From Spirochaetia bacterium (lineage in GTDB: Bacteria; Spirochaetota; Spirochaetia; CAKZLE01), in contig OY782041.1 of NCBI GenBank assembly GCA_963677595.1, forward strand, positions 1,888,001-1,952,000: DNA of 64,000 nt. Direction: 5' to 3'. Under the pieces are notes generated by a model. It was given only the letters and a program-made list of their open reading frames with translations. It did no database searches and had not been told where the DNA came from. A program made the translations under genes and the position numbers. Positions within the stretch are counted from its first letter, which is position 1. Each line of letters starts with the position of its first letter. Below, in pieces: positions 27,379-37,522 of this stretch.

Positions 27379-28311
27379 ATGTCTGCGGAGAAGCGAATCG
27401 ATATCATCCTGGTGACCGGGTTTCTCGGCGCCGGGAAGACGACCTTCCTCAACCGGCTGATGACGGGGACGGAAGGGGTGAAGAAAGGGCTCCTCGTGAA
27501 CGACTTCGGGGAGGTGCCGGTAGACGGCGCCCTCCTGAAGGGTGCCTCGGGCGAGGAGGGCCTCGTCTATGAGATCGGCAACGGGTCGATCTTCTGCTCC
27601 TGCCTGAAGAGCTCGTTCCTCTTCGGGCTGCAGTATTTCGCGAAGGAGCGCCCAGATATCCTCTTCATCGAGACCTCAGGCCTCTCAGACCCGACCGGGT
27701 TCTCCCGTATCCTCGAAAACCATGGGCTCGATGGGGAGTTCAGGATCTCCTCTATCATCTGCTTAGCAGACGCATCGAAGATCAGGGGGATCTCGACGGT
27801 CCTCGAGGCCCCGAACCGGCAGGTCGCCGCAGCCGACATCATCCTGCTCAACAAGGCCGACCTCGTCAGTACGGAGGAGATCGAGGGCCTCAGGCAGATG
27901 CTCACCGGGAAGAACCCGGAAGCCCGGCTGCTTACGGGGACCTATGGTGAGTTCCCCCTCCCTGGTATCCTCGAACACCGCCGGGAACGGGATTCAGGAG
28001 ACTGGGAGAGCTGCAACACGGAAGAGAACCGACCCGATTCCCTCTTCCTCGATACGGGGAGGATGCACAGGGATGCCGTCGCGAGGTTCCTCAGCGCAGT
28101 AACCGGTGAGATCCTGCGGGTGAAGGGCTTCATCCAGGACGGGGGCGAGACCTGGTATGTCTCCGATACGGGTGACAGATTTGAGTGGGTCCCGTTCTCC
28201 CGGACGGTCTCACGCTACGGCCTGACGGTGTTCCCGAAGCCGGGATCCTCCGCCCAGGTCGTGCAAGCTTGGAGAGCTTGCCGGAATGAACTGAAGGAGG
28301 ATGCAGTATGA
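27379..28311 (+). CDS. CobW/COG0523 G3E GTPase metallochaperone
   Basis: TGFLGAGKTT, NDFG, GSIFCSC, ETSG, NKAD, RVKG. Confidence 0.9.
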   Translation: MSAEKRIDIILVTGFLGAGKTTFLNRLMTGTEGVKKGLLVNDFGEVPVDGALLKGASGEEGLVYEIGNGSIFCSCLKSSFLFGLQYFAKERPDILFIETSGLSDPTGFSRILENHGLDGEFRISSIICLADASKIRGISTVLEAPNRQVAAADIILLNKADLVSTEEIEGLRQMLTGKNPEARLLTGTYGEFPLPGILEHRRERDSGDWESCNTEENRPDSLFLDTGRMHRDAVARFLSAVTGEILRVKGFIQDGGETWYVSDTGDRFEWVPFSRTVSRYGLTVFPKPGSSAQVVQAWRACRNELKEDAV

Positions 28312-29411
28312 GTGACCTGATCCTGCTGGGAGGATTCCTCGGCTCGGGGAAGACCAGCCTGATGCTGAAGCTCGCAGAGAAGCTGGAAGGGTTGGGCAAG
28401 CGTGTCTCCCTGATCACCAATGACCAGGGGGAGGGGCTCGTCGACACGAAGATCGCCCTGGCTTCGGGGTTTACCGCACAGGAGATAACCGGCGGCTGTT
28501 TCTGCTGCAGTTTTTCCTCCCTGCTCGGGACACTGGTGACGATCACCGAAGCACAATCACCCGATTACATCATCGCAGAGGCCGTGGGCAGCTGCACCGA
28601 CCTCTTCTCTACCGTGATCCGGCCGCTGCAGCAGTTCCACAGCGAGGTGGTAACCGTGAAGCGGTTCTGGGTCCTGGCCGACGGGCTTCGCTACGCTGAT
28701 GAGTTCTCACAGCTCGACCTGGAAGACCCCATCCTGCCCCTTGAGGTGCTGGCATCCCACCAGCTCAAGGAGACAGCCGAGATCCTCATCTCGAAGACTG
28801 ACCTGATCGGTCGGGAGCAGCTCGTCGGGGTCATCGACCGGCTGAGAGGGATCAACCCGAACGCCTTGATTCACCACTATTCCATCCATGATGATATCTC
28901 CCCTGTGCTGGGGGAACTCCTTTCAGAGGAGATCGTGCTTCCTGGCCACCATGAGGAGCTTGACTACGACCTCTATGCTGAGGCTGAGGCCGCCTACGGC
29001 TGGTACAATGGGAGCTGGGAGATGCGTATCGGTGAAGATCTTCCTCCGGCTGATCCTGCCGCGGTAGCGGCTTACCTGCTCCAGGGGCTGGATGGGGAGA
29101 TGAACCAGCGGGATGGGAAGGGCGTATCATCGATCGCCCATGCGAAAGTCCAGGTGACGACCCCTTCGGGATACTTCAAAGCCGGGATCAGCGGCAGGCA
29201 GCTGCAGGCACCGACCAAGGGGGAATTCAAACCTGAGCGGTCCTTCCATGTGGTACTCAACATCAGGGCAGCCGCACCCCCTGAACGACTGTCGGCGACA
29301 GTCGCTACCCTCCTGGATGGGCTGCAGCATCATTTCACGGGATTAGGGGTCACAGGGTATCAGGAGCAGACCCTCATCCCCTCACGCCCGAACCCGGAGT
29401 ACCACCTGTAG
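28308..29411 (+). CDS. CobW-like G3E GTPase
   Basis: GGFLGSGKTS, TNDQG, GGCFCC, EAVGSCTD, SKTD. Confidence 0.85.
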   Translation: MSDLILLGGFLGSGKTSLMLKLAEKLEGLGKRVSLITNDQGEGLVDTKIALASGFTAQEITGGCFCCSFSSLLGTLVTITEAQSPDYIIAEAVGSCTDLFSTVIRPLQQFHSEVVTVKRFWVLADGLRYADEFSQLDLEDPILPLEVLASHQLKETAEILISKTDLIGREQLVGVIDRLRGINPNALIHHYSIHDDISPVLGELLSEEIVLPGHHEELDYDLYAEAEAAYGWYNGSWEMRIGEDLPPADPAAVAAYLLQGLDGEMNQRDGKGVSSIAHAKVQVTTPSGYFKAGISGRQLQAPTKGEFKPERSFHVVLNIRAAAPPERLSATVATLLDGLQHHFTGLGVTGYQEQTLIPSRPNPEYHL

Positions 29412-29412
29412 G

Positions 29413-30045
29413 TCAGTGGAAGTCATGCATGATATGGTTCTGGATGATCGATGAGATCAGCTTCTGTTCCTTGTTCCTCATGGCTTGAATCAATATTTTA
29501 TGTTGTTTGATATATGTTTCAAGATGGGAAAGATCCAGTTTCTGATTCAGCCGTAACAGTTGAATCCTTGCATCAAGTTTCTCAAAGATATCGTAGAGGA
29601 CATAATTCCCGCAATTCTTGGCAATAGTCAGATGGAAAAGGGAATCATATTCAAAGAGTTTGGCAATATCATTACTCATTGCATGATCGAAGCAACTCGA
29701 TGAAAGTTCATCTAGTTTATCATATAGTTCTTCAGAAGCCCGCTGGCTGAAGAGCTGGCAGGTCATGATCTCGAGGTTCACGCGAACTTCGGCGATCTGG
29801 TGTGCCTCCTCCTCGCTGATGCTCACCACCTCCGCGTAGCTGCGCGGCTTGAGGTATATCAGCCCGTAGTCGCTGAGCTTTTTCAGGGCATCCCGCAGAG
29901 GGGTCCGGCTGACGCCGAAGAGCTCGCTGAGCTGCTGCTCGGGGACGCGTTCCCCACCCTTAAGTTCTCCAGAAAGGATCATTTTCTTGATATGGTCATA
30001 GACAAGGTCTGAAAGACTTTTTTTCTTAATTAGTCGGTCATTCAC
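29413..30045 (-). CDS. GntR (FCD) regulator
   Basis: wHTH GVSRTPLRDAL; FCD D..FH, QH, H motifs. Confidence 0.9.
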   Translation of the reverse strand: MNDRLIKKKSLSDLVYDHIKKMILSGELKGGERVPEQQLSELFGVSRTPLRDALKKLSDYGLIYLKPRSYAEVVSISEEEAHQIAEVRVNLEIMTCQLFSQRASEELYDKLDELSSSCFDHAMSNDIAKLFEYDSLFHLTIAKNCGNYVLYDIFEKLDARIQLLRLNQKLDLSHLETYIKQHKILIQAMRNKEQKLISSIIQNHIMHDFH

Positions 30046-30065
30046 TACTTTTCCCTCTTTTGTTT

Positions 30066-30077
30066 ATTGTATACAAT
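30066..30077. promoter_or_regulatory. GntR/FadR-type palindromic operator
   Basis: ATTGTATACAAT just upstream of the GntR gene; related TTGTATA/TATACAA half-sites near 30877 and 31080. Confidence 0.6.
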
Positions 30078-30218
30078 GGCATAAGCCTGTCAACTGGGAA
30101 AATGTATAAATTACTTCAATAGTTAAAAAACATGGAAAATAACATATATTAATACTGATACCCAGCAAGGACTATATAATGAACTAGTCTATTGGTGGTT
30201 CTGTAGTGTTGAATATTA

Positions 30219-30875
30219 TTAATTTTGTAAATCATGAAGAATATGAGTTTGAATGAGTTTCCGTGCTTGTTCGGGATCTCTCTCTTGGATGGCCTGAAAA
30301 AGCTGATAATGCTGATTTACATATTTTAATAGTTCTTCTTTTGGAACTTTCTGTTTTAACCTAAGGAGTTGGATTTTAGTATCCACCCTTTCAATCAGGT
30401 CGAGTAAGTGTATATTCTGTGTCATTTGTGCCAACATAATATGGATTTTACTGTCCCACTCAAAGGATTTGGATAGCTCTCCATGTATGGTATAGTCAAT
30501 ACACTCTTTCTGTAGTTCGTAGAGAGGAAGGAAATCCAGATCAAACGGACTCTGTACTAATAGATCAACACTCAAACGTTCAAGACTTAACCGTACAACA
30601 GCTACATTCAAGGATTCTCCTACGCCCAATTCCTGCACTATAGCAAAACTTCGTGGTTTCAAATGTACGAGGCCCAATTGATCAAGTTTCTTCAGCGCTT
30701 CTCGTATTGGTGTTCGGCTGACTCCCAAGCGCTGTGCAATTTTCTCCTCAGGAATTTTTACGCCGCCACGAAGTTGACCGGAAAGGATTAAATCTTTGAT
30801 ATAGAAGAAAGCTTGTTCTGATAAACTGGTTTTCTGGATTACTCTTTGAGAATATGCTACTAAATGGTCATTCAT
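30219..30875 (-). CDS. GntR (FCD) regulator, second paralog
   Basis: GVSRTPIREAL; shares LKPRS(F/Y)A and IQLLRL with its neighbour. Confidence 0.9.
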   Translation of the reverse strand: MNDHLVAYSQRVIQKTSLSEQAFFYIKDLILSGQLRGGVKIPEEKIAQRLGVSRTPIREALKKLDQLGLVHLKPRSFAIVQELGVGESLNVAVVRLSLERLSVDLLVQSPFDLDFLPLYELQKECIDYTIHGELSKSFEWDSKIHIMLAQMTQNIHLLDLIERVDTKIQLLRLKQKVPKEELLKYVNQHYQLFQAIQERDPEQARKLIQTHILHDLQN

Positions 30876-31114
30876 GATTGTATATTGTATTCTATAAATA
30901 CTGAAACGTCAATGTAATCCTTATTAATCTTATGGAATATACAACCTGAACACAATAGTATAATACAGATAATAATCTTATAAAATGTTATAATAGAACA
31001 AATAAAAAATTACTACGAGTTGATCATATCCTGGAAAGTACTATAGTTCAAGTTTGTGTTTGACATATAGATCTTTATAGTATACAATATACAAAACAAA
31101 TTGAGGAGGCGTTC

Positions 31115-32119
31115 ATGAAACGTTCTAAATTCCTATTAGTTACGATAACCTTTCTTTTTCTTGCATCGATGATCTTCGCCCAAGGGGGGGCTGAGACAAC
31201 TCCACAACAAAAAAAGTTGAATGTAAATATTGCTTCTGTATTCCCCCCAGAGGGGCCAATACATGAACTTATGGTTACTTTCAAGACTTTGGTTGAAGAT
31301 GAGACTGATGGAAGGATCAGTGTGACTATCCATCCAAGTGGTGCTTTAGGTGGTGAGCGCGAGGTTGTTGAAGCCTTGGTTGACGGTTCGGTTGAAATGG
31401 CAGCACAGGGAATCATGGATCTCATTATGTATATGCCTGAATATACTGTGTTTGAAGAACCTTTTGTCATCAAAGATGTGGACCACTTGTATAAGTTCTG
31501 GGAAACCATAGGAGAAGAGATGAACCAGAAACTTGCTGATGAAGTAGGTATTATCACATCAGCTATTGCAGTCAGAGGCTCTCGGATGATCACTGCAAAT
31601 AAGCCGATTTATGAACCTTCGGATTTGAATGGATTAAAATTCCGACTGCCGCAGTACCCTGTACGGATCAAGGTGTTTGAAGCATTTGGTGCGATCCCAA
31701 CCGTTGTAGCTTTCCCTGAAGTGTATATGGCATTGAAGACTGGTACTGTCGATGCAGAAGAGAACCCGCCAGAGACTATCTATACTTACAAATTCCATGA
31801 AGCACAGGACTATCTGATTAAGACAAACCATGTATGGTCGACCGCAAGATATCAGATATCAAAGAAGTGGTTTGATGGAATTCCTGCAGCTGATCAAGAA
31901 ATCATTCTGGATGCTTGGAAACAGGCAGAAGCTCATAACAAAGAAGTATCTTACAATCCTGATGATGTCTATGTCCAGAAGCTTGAAGATGCAGGTATGA
32001 CAGTTATTGAGCCTAACTTAGAAGCCTTCCGAGTTCTTGCAGATCCTGTTATGAAGGAGTTTGACGAATCTCAGTGGGCACCTGGGCTGAGACAAAGAAT
32101 AATGAATCTGGAATATTAA
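31115..32119 (+). CDS. dctP: TRAP substrate-binding protein
   Basis: HPSGALGGE, DLNGLKFR, EVYMALKTGTVDAEENP. Confidence 0.9.
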   Translation: MKRSKFLLVTITFLFLASMIFAQGGAETTPQQKKLNVNIASVFPPEGPIHELMVTFKTLVEDETDGRISVTIHPSGALGGEREVVEALVDGSVEMAAQGIMDLIMYMPEYTVFEEPFVIKDVDHLYKFWETIGEEMNQKLADEVGIITSAIAVRGSRMITANKPIYEPSDLNGLKFRLPQYPVRIKVFEAFGAIPTVVAFPEVYMALKTGTVDAEENPPETIYTYKFHEAQDYLIKTNHVWSTARYQISKKWFDGIPAADQEIILDAWKQAEAHNKEVSYNPDDVYVQKLEDAGMTVIEPNLEAFRVLADPVMKEFDESQWAPGLRQRIMNLEY

Positions 32120-32137
32120 AAATATAGTTATTACTCA

Positions 32138-32166
32138 GGGAATGGGTTGCTAATAACCCATTCCCG
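32138..32166 (+). terminator. Intergenic hairpin after dctP
   Basis: GGGAATGGGTT-N6-AACCCATTCCC. Confidence 0.6.
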
Positions 32167-32184
32167 TATTAGGAGTGCAATGGT

Positions 32185-32646
32185 ATGAAAAATCTATTAC
32201 GTATAATAGATGCTATTGGAGGGATCTGTATTGGTGCCCTGTTTTTTTTAGTTCTGTTTCAGGTGCTGGCACGAATTGTATTTCAGATACCGACCTCTTG
32301 GTCTGTTGAGTTAGGGAGGATCCTCTTCCTGGCTGTTGTATTTATCGGATCAGCATATCTTTTTTATTCAGATGGGCATATGGTCATTAAAGCAGTCTAT
32401 GAACACCTCCATGGAAAGACGTTAAGGACTGTGGATCTTATTAATAACACATTGCTGTTGATAGGGTTGGCTGTTTTTCTGATCGGGGCAATAAGAAAGG
32501 CAATCTCGAATTGGGGCATAGTTATCCCGACTCTGGAATGGATGACAAACGGATATATGTACTTGATTGTCTTTATTGGCGGATTAGGAATGTTCTTTTT
32601 TGTTGCGCGTAAATTTGTAAGTATTTTACGGGGTGATGTATTATGA
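32185..32646 (+). CDS. dctQ: TRAP small permease
   Basis: Four TM helices, QVLAR, WSVEL. Confidence 0.85.
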   Translation: MKNLLRIIDAIGGICIGALFFLVLFQVLARIVFQIPTSWSVELGRILFLAVVFIGSAYLFYSDGHMVIKAVYEHLHGKTLRTVDLINNTLLLIGLAVFLIGAIRKAISNWGIVIPTLEWMTNGYMYLIVFIGGLGMFFFVARKFVSILRGDVL

Positions 32647-33938
32647 TATATCTCATTTTGGTTGTTGGACTGGTTACATTCCTTATATTAGGAATACCTG
32701 TTGGGATGTCACTTGTAATGACTGGGGTCCTTGGGTATTTCTTTACGATGGATTTTGTGAATGCTTGGTTGAATATAGGTGTTGTTTCTCAGAAAATGAG
32801 TTACAGCCTGATGAACTTCTTGCTCCTCTCAATTCCGCTCTTTATTCTTGCAGCCAAGATCATGAATACTTCGAGCATAACTAAGAAAATTTTTGGATTT
32901 GCTAATACTTCAGTTGGTTTTTTGCCAGGAGGCTTAGCACATGCAAATGTTTTTGCCAGTTTATTGTTTTCTGGTATGTCAGGTGCTGCTGTCTCTGATG
33001 CTGCCGGGTTAGGACGTATCGAGATAGAGTCAATGAAATCTTATGGGTATGATTCAGATTTCAGTGCTGCTGTGACAGCTGCGTCCTCTACCATTGGTCC
33101 TATCTTTCCTCCGAGTGTTCCCATGGTTGTGTATTCAACTATTTCAGGTGTCTCTGTTGGGAAACTGTTTTTAGGCGGGGTAATTCCTGGTCTGCTGATG
33201 ACATTAGCAATGATGCTGTTGATTACCATATTTTCAAGAAAGAAGAATTACCCACGAATGCCATTCCCGACTCCAAAGGTGTTTTTTAAGTCATTTAGTC
33301 AGGCTCTGGTTCCTTTATTAACCCCAGTTATCTTATTAGTGGGTATTTGGTCAGGTACATTTACTGCAACAGAGGCAGCCGTAATTGCCGCTACCTATGC
33401 CTTGCTCCTCAGTCTGTTTGTATATAGAGAATTGGATTTAAGAAGTCTTTGGACCATATTGAAGGATACAGCGAAGGAAACTGCATCTATTGGCTTTGTT
33501 ATTGCTGCAGCAGCTTTCTATGGATGGGTTTTAGCAAGATCAGGGTTGACTTACCAGTTTGCTGAATGGATCACGAATGTGACTGAGAGTCCAATTGTTT
33601 TCCTCCTGATAATGAACGTCTTCTTCCTCATTATTGGTTGTTTTCTTGAAGCAATTGCTGCAATTATGATTTTTGGGCCAATCTTGTATGGTCCAGCAAT
33701 GAGTATCGGTGTAGATCCTATACAGTTTGGTGTGATCATGGTTTTGAACCTTATGATTGGGCTATTGACACCTCCCTTTGGGATAGTTCTGTTTATTGTC
33801 CAGGATATGGCAAAGATATCATTTCAAAGGATGGTAAAGGCAGTACTCCCATTTTTTATCCCATTGCTTTCAGTCCTGCTTTTGATGACTTTTTTCCCGC
33901 AGATTGTCACTTGGCTTCCAAGTGTTCTGAATTGGTAA
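32643..33938 (+). CDS. dctM: TRAP large permease
   Basis: LLSIPLFILA, GGLAH, SGAAVSD, FPPSVP, TATEA, LTPPFG. Confidence 0.95.
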   Translation: MIYLILVVGLVTFLILGIPVGMSLVMTGVLGYFFTMDFVNAWLNIGVVSQKMSYSLMNFLLLSIPLFILAAKIMNTSSITKKIFGFANTSVGFLPGGLAHANVFASLLFSGMSGAAVSDAAGLGRIEIESMKSYGYDSDFSAAVTAASSTIGPIFPPSVPMVVYSTISGVSVGKLFLGGVIPGLLMTLAMMLLITIFSRKKNYPRMPFPTPKVFFKSFSQALVPLLTPVILLVGIWSGTFTATEAAVIAATYALLLSLFVYRELDLRSLWTILKDTAKETASIGFVIAAAAFYGWVLARSGLTYQFAEWITNVTESPIVFLLIMNVFFLIIGCFLEAIAAIMIFGPILYGPAMSIGVDPIQFGVIMVLNLMIGLLTPPFGIVLFIVQDMAKISFQRMVKAVLPFFIPLLSVLLLMTFFPQIVTWLPSVLNW

Positions 33939-33966
33939 CAAACAAGATAATATTAAGGAGATACTT

Positions 33967-35022
33967 GTGAAACATAGAGATAGAGTAGCAGCAGCATTGC
34001 GTCATGAGACTACGGATAGGGCTCCTATGCAGATTTCTTATACTCCGGAATTCAAGAAACGGTTTTCTGAAGACCGGGGTATAACACCAGAGGAAATGAA
34101 AAATGATCCATGGACATTGGATAGAGTCGTTGGGAGTGATCTCTTGCTGTATGGCATCGGATGGTTGCAAGGATACGATGGAGAAGGTGAACGATATACT
34201 GATGAATGGAATGTGGGTTGGAAAGCTACAGAGTATGAATCCCCATTCGGTATCGGAAGGTATACTGATGTTGAGATTCATCCATTATCAAATGATGAAG
34301 CGATAGCTTCATATCACGCCCCAGATCCTATGCGATCCCATATGTATGAACCTATAAAAAGGCTGATCAAGGATTATAAGGATGAGTATTGGATTACTGG
34401 TGTTGTGAAAACAACCATTTTTGAGTGTGCATGGGGGCTACGAGGCTTGGAGCAATTGATGGTTGACTTCCTTGTAGACCCTGATCTTGCGAAAACGATT
34501 CTAAATATACCATATAACTACCATCTTGCAGTTGCCAAGGAAATGGTCAGGTTAGGTGTCGACATGATCTGGATCGGTGATGATGTGGGAAGTCAGAAGA
34601 GTATGATGATATCGCCAGAAATGTGGAGACAATTCCTGAAGCCCCTGATGGCAAGTTTTATCCATGAATTAAAATCTGTGAACAAGGATGTCATTGTTGC
34701 ATATCATTCTGATGGAGTAATTGACCCGATCATACCTGAGCTCGTGGAGATTGGTCTGGATGTGCTGAATCCGGTCCAACCGAACTGTATGGATATCTCA
34801 GTATTGAAGAAAGTATATGGGGATAACCTCTGTTTTTGGGGTGGGGTTGACCAGCAGAAAGTCCTTCCGTTTTCTACGGTAGATGAGGTGTATGCAGAAA
34901 CAAAGCATGCGTTGTCGATTCTTGGTAGGAATGGAGGCTATATTGCTGGTCCCACACATAATATTCAGCTTGATGTACCAATTGAGAACCTGAAAGCCAT
35001 GGTACAAGCTATTACTGAATAA
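33967..35022 (+). CDS. URO-D family protein (third paralog)
   Basis: LRGLEQ, GDDVGSQ, YHSDG, LNPVQP, FWGGVD, GPTHNIQ. Confidence 0.85.
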   Translation: MKHRDRVAAALRHETTDRAPMQISYTPEFKKRFSEDRGITPEEMKNDPWTLDRVVGSDLLLYGIGWLQGYDGEGERYTDEWNVGWKATEYESPFGIGRYTDVEIHPLSNDEAIASYHAPDPMRSHMYEPIKRLIKDYKDEYWITGVVKTTIFECAWGLRGLEQLMVDFLVDPDLAKTILNIPYNYHLAVAKEMVRLGVDMIWIGDDVGSQKSMMISPEMWRQFLKPLMASFIHELKSVNKDVIVAYHSDGVIDPIIPELVEIGLDVLNPVQPNCMDISVLKKVYGDNLCFWGGVDQQKVLPFSTVDEVYAETKHALSILGRNGGYIAGPTHNIQLDVPIENLKAMVQAITE

Positions 35023-35054
35023 GAACTGTTTGGGACATAAAAAAAGAAGGGCTT

Positions 35055-35900
35055 ATGAAAACTTCTTACAGAAATAAAATAAAGATATCATTAGCAATAG
35101 CCAGTGAGGATGCGCTTCCCTCAGCGTTTGTAGTTTACCGGGATAAGCTTGAGGTCAGCATGAAGAAGGCTGCCTCGATAGGTTATGAGGGTGTGGAACT
35201 TGCTCTACTCCATAAGGATCAGGTAGACATAAAAGGGATCATGGCGTTGGCTGATGGGCTGGGACTTGAAATTCCTGTTGTTTCTACAGGTCAGGTCTTT
35301 GCCGAGGGTGGTATGTGGTTTACTTCTGATGACAGTACTATCAGGCAGAAAGCGATGGACCAATTCAGCGGTCTTATGGATGTAGCCGCTGAATTCGGTT
35401 CTGCTATAAATATTGGACGCTTACGTGGATTTATCGCTGATGGACAGACTGCTGAACAGGCGGAAACAAACTTCATCAGTTGTCTGGAACCATTATCTGA
35501 TAAAGCAAAGGATTACGGGATTAATATCATTATTGAACCCGTAAACCGTTATGAGATTAACTATATAAACAGCTGTATCGAAGGTGAGCAGCTTCTATCG
35601 AAATTAAACCGTGATAATGTCATGCTCATGCCTGATGTATTCCATATGAATATTGAGGACCAGCAAATTGGAAGTGAATTGAAACGTCTTGTCCCCAAGA
35701 TCGGGTATGTGCATTTTGCGGATTCTAACAGGTATTATCCGGGGAATGGTCATCTGGATTTTAATGATGCGATCAGAGGTTTATTAGATGGAGGTTATTC
35801 TGGATATATCGGGGTGGAGATATTAGCTAAACCTGATCCTGATACAGCTGCTGAAAAGTCTTTTTCATACCTTGATAAGTTGCTAAGAAATACATACTGA
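35055..35900 (+). CDS. Sugar phosphate isomerase/epimerase (TIM barrel, IolO-like)
   Basis: GYEGVEL, IGRLRG, EPVNRYE, DVFHMNIE, HFADSNR..PG.GH. Confidence 0.85.
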   Translation: MKTSYRNKIKISLAIASEDALPSAFVVYRDKLEVSMKKAASIGYEGVELALLHKDQVDIKGIMALADGLGLEIPVVSTGQVFAEGGMWFTSDDSTIRQKAMDQFSGLMDVAAEFGSAINIGRLRGFIADGQTAEQAETNFISCLEPLSDKAKDYGINIIIEPVNRYEINYINSCIEGEQLLSKLNRDNVMLMPDVFHMNIEDQQIGSELKRLVPKIGYVHFADSNRYYPGNGHLDFNDAIRGLLDGGYSGYIGVEILAKPDPDTAAEKSFSYLDKLLRNTY

Positions 35901-36109
35901 AGCAAAAATGTCAGAACTCACATGTACTGACCCTGGGAGAATCTGCCTGCCAGATTATAGCGCATCTCAACAAAGATATCCTTGGTGAACAGATACCTGT
36001 CAGGGTTAATTGGTAAGTGGTATTCTGGGTTCAGAGGATGGGATACTGTCTTGATAAAACCTATTGACCGAGATGAATCTATAAAGTTACTTGCTCTAAA
36101 TCCAGTACA

Positions 36110-36310
36110 AAGAAGGCCTCAGGTGATGTTGCAGGACATGATTCAGCGATGATCGCGGCTGTCGAGCGCATCGCCGATTCGGTCGATATCATCCTGCTTG
36201 CCCAGATCTCGCTTGATGGGATCAAGCCTGGACTGGCCTCTCCCATCAGGGAGAAGACCCGGTCCTCCCTCGACTTCCTGTCGGAGACCGTAACCTCACT
36301 GGGGCTGTGA
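36110..36310 (+). pseudogene. C-terminal remnant of an Asp/Glu racemase-like gene
   Basis: GDVAGHDSAMIAAVERIADSVDIILLAQISL...GL*; in-frame stop at 36074 with no ATG before the conserved segment; coincides with the GC transition. Confidence 0.6.
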
Positions 36311-36495
36311 CCCAGCACTGTAGTCGGAGCCTCAACAATATCTCACAGTAACTTAACAGGATTTCACTTTATCATTGCCCTCTTGCCGGTATACAATACC
36401 AGGTGGAGAGTGCAGCTCATCATCCCCGTATGTTCTCCCGGTTATCATATCCGTACCGGCTCTTCGCTATCTCACGAGTAAGAGGAGAGAGATCA

Positions 36496-37467
36496 ATGAA
36501 ACTGACATTCACCTTGAAGGGTAGGCAGCTGTTTACCTATGTCCTGATCATCCTGGTCCTCGGAGCCCTCCCGATGGTGGTCTTCGCCGGGCTGAACGAC
36601 TGGAGTTACCCGATCCCCTTCGTGGACGAGTCCGGTATCTTCATGCTCTTTCTCGGCCTCTATGAGGTGATCCTCCTGACTGTCATCATGATCCAGGCAG
36701 TACGGCTGGTGGTCGGGCACCTGCGATTCGGGGATGATGGATTCTCCTTCGAAGGTGATACCCTCAGTTTCCTCTGGCTCATGATCTACGGATCTGTATT
36801 GAGTGCCGTGACGATCGGGATCTATGTCCCCTGGTTCGTGAAGAAGGTGAACACCTACTTCATCGAGAACACCCGTCTCGGGGCACGGACCTTTACTTTC
36901 AATGGAGAGCCGAAACAGATCATCTGGAAGTATATCGGGTTCGTCATCCTCATGGCTGGCGTTACCGGGCTGGTTACCCGTATCCTGGGGCCGGACAGCG
37001 TCCAGGAGCCCATGACTGGTGCGGAACGGATGTTCTCCAACATCGTCTCCTCGATCGTCTCGGTCCCCCTGGTCTACCTCTTCCTCAAGTGGACCCTCCA
37101 GATATCCTACCATGAGTTGAAGCTGCAGCAGCAGTTCGAGACCAGGGGCTCCATGTGGATCCTTCTGAGGAACATGGTGCTCACCAATATTACCTTCGGG
37201 CTCTTCGGCCCCTTCGCCCAGTTCAGCTGGTATGCCTACTTCGCTGAGCGGGTTTCCTTCCAGAGTGATAAAGAATCATACCACTTCAGGATCTCAGGGG
37301 AGAAAGCAGACGTCTATAAGCTCATCCTGCGGGAGTTCCTGCTGACCATCATTACCCTGGGAATCTACGGGGCCTGGGCATTCTGCCATGTGGTCGAGGC
37401 TGTCCTCGACCATACGGAGATCAGCAGGGAAGAAGGGACGGCAGCAGAAGCTCTCCCACCGGTGTAA
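36496..37467 (+). CDS. DUF898 (YjgN-like) membrane protein
   Basis: Repeated F.F.G...(I/V)T.G(I/L)Y.PW units. Confidence 0.8.
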   Translation: MKLTFTLKGRQLFTYVLIILVLGALPMVVFAGLNDWSYPIPFVDESGIFMLFLGLYEVILLTVIMIQAVRLVVGHLRFGDDGFSFEGDTLSFLWLMIYGSVLSAVTIGIYVPWFVKKVNTYFIENTRLGARTFTFNGEPKQIIWKYIGFVILMAGVTGLVTRILGPDSVQEPMTGAERMFSNIVSSIVSVPLVYLFLKWTLQISYHELKLQQQFETRGSMWILLRNMVLTNITFGLFGPFAQFSWYAYFAERVSFQSDKESYHFRISGEKADVYKLILREFLLTIITLGIYGAWAFCHVVEAVLDHTEISREEGTAAEALPPV

Positions 37468-37522
37468 GGAGATTGCATAATCCTTCCAGAGTTGGTAAGA
37501 CTAAGGACAGGAAGGAAGGAGT

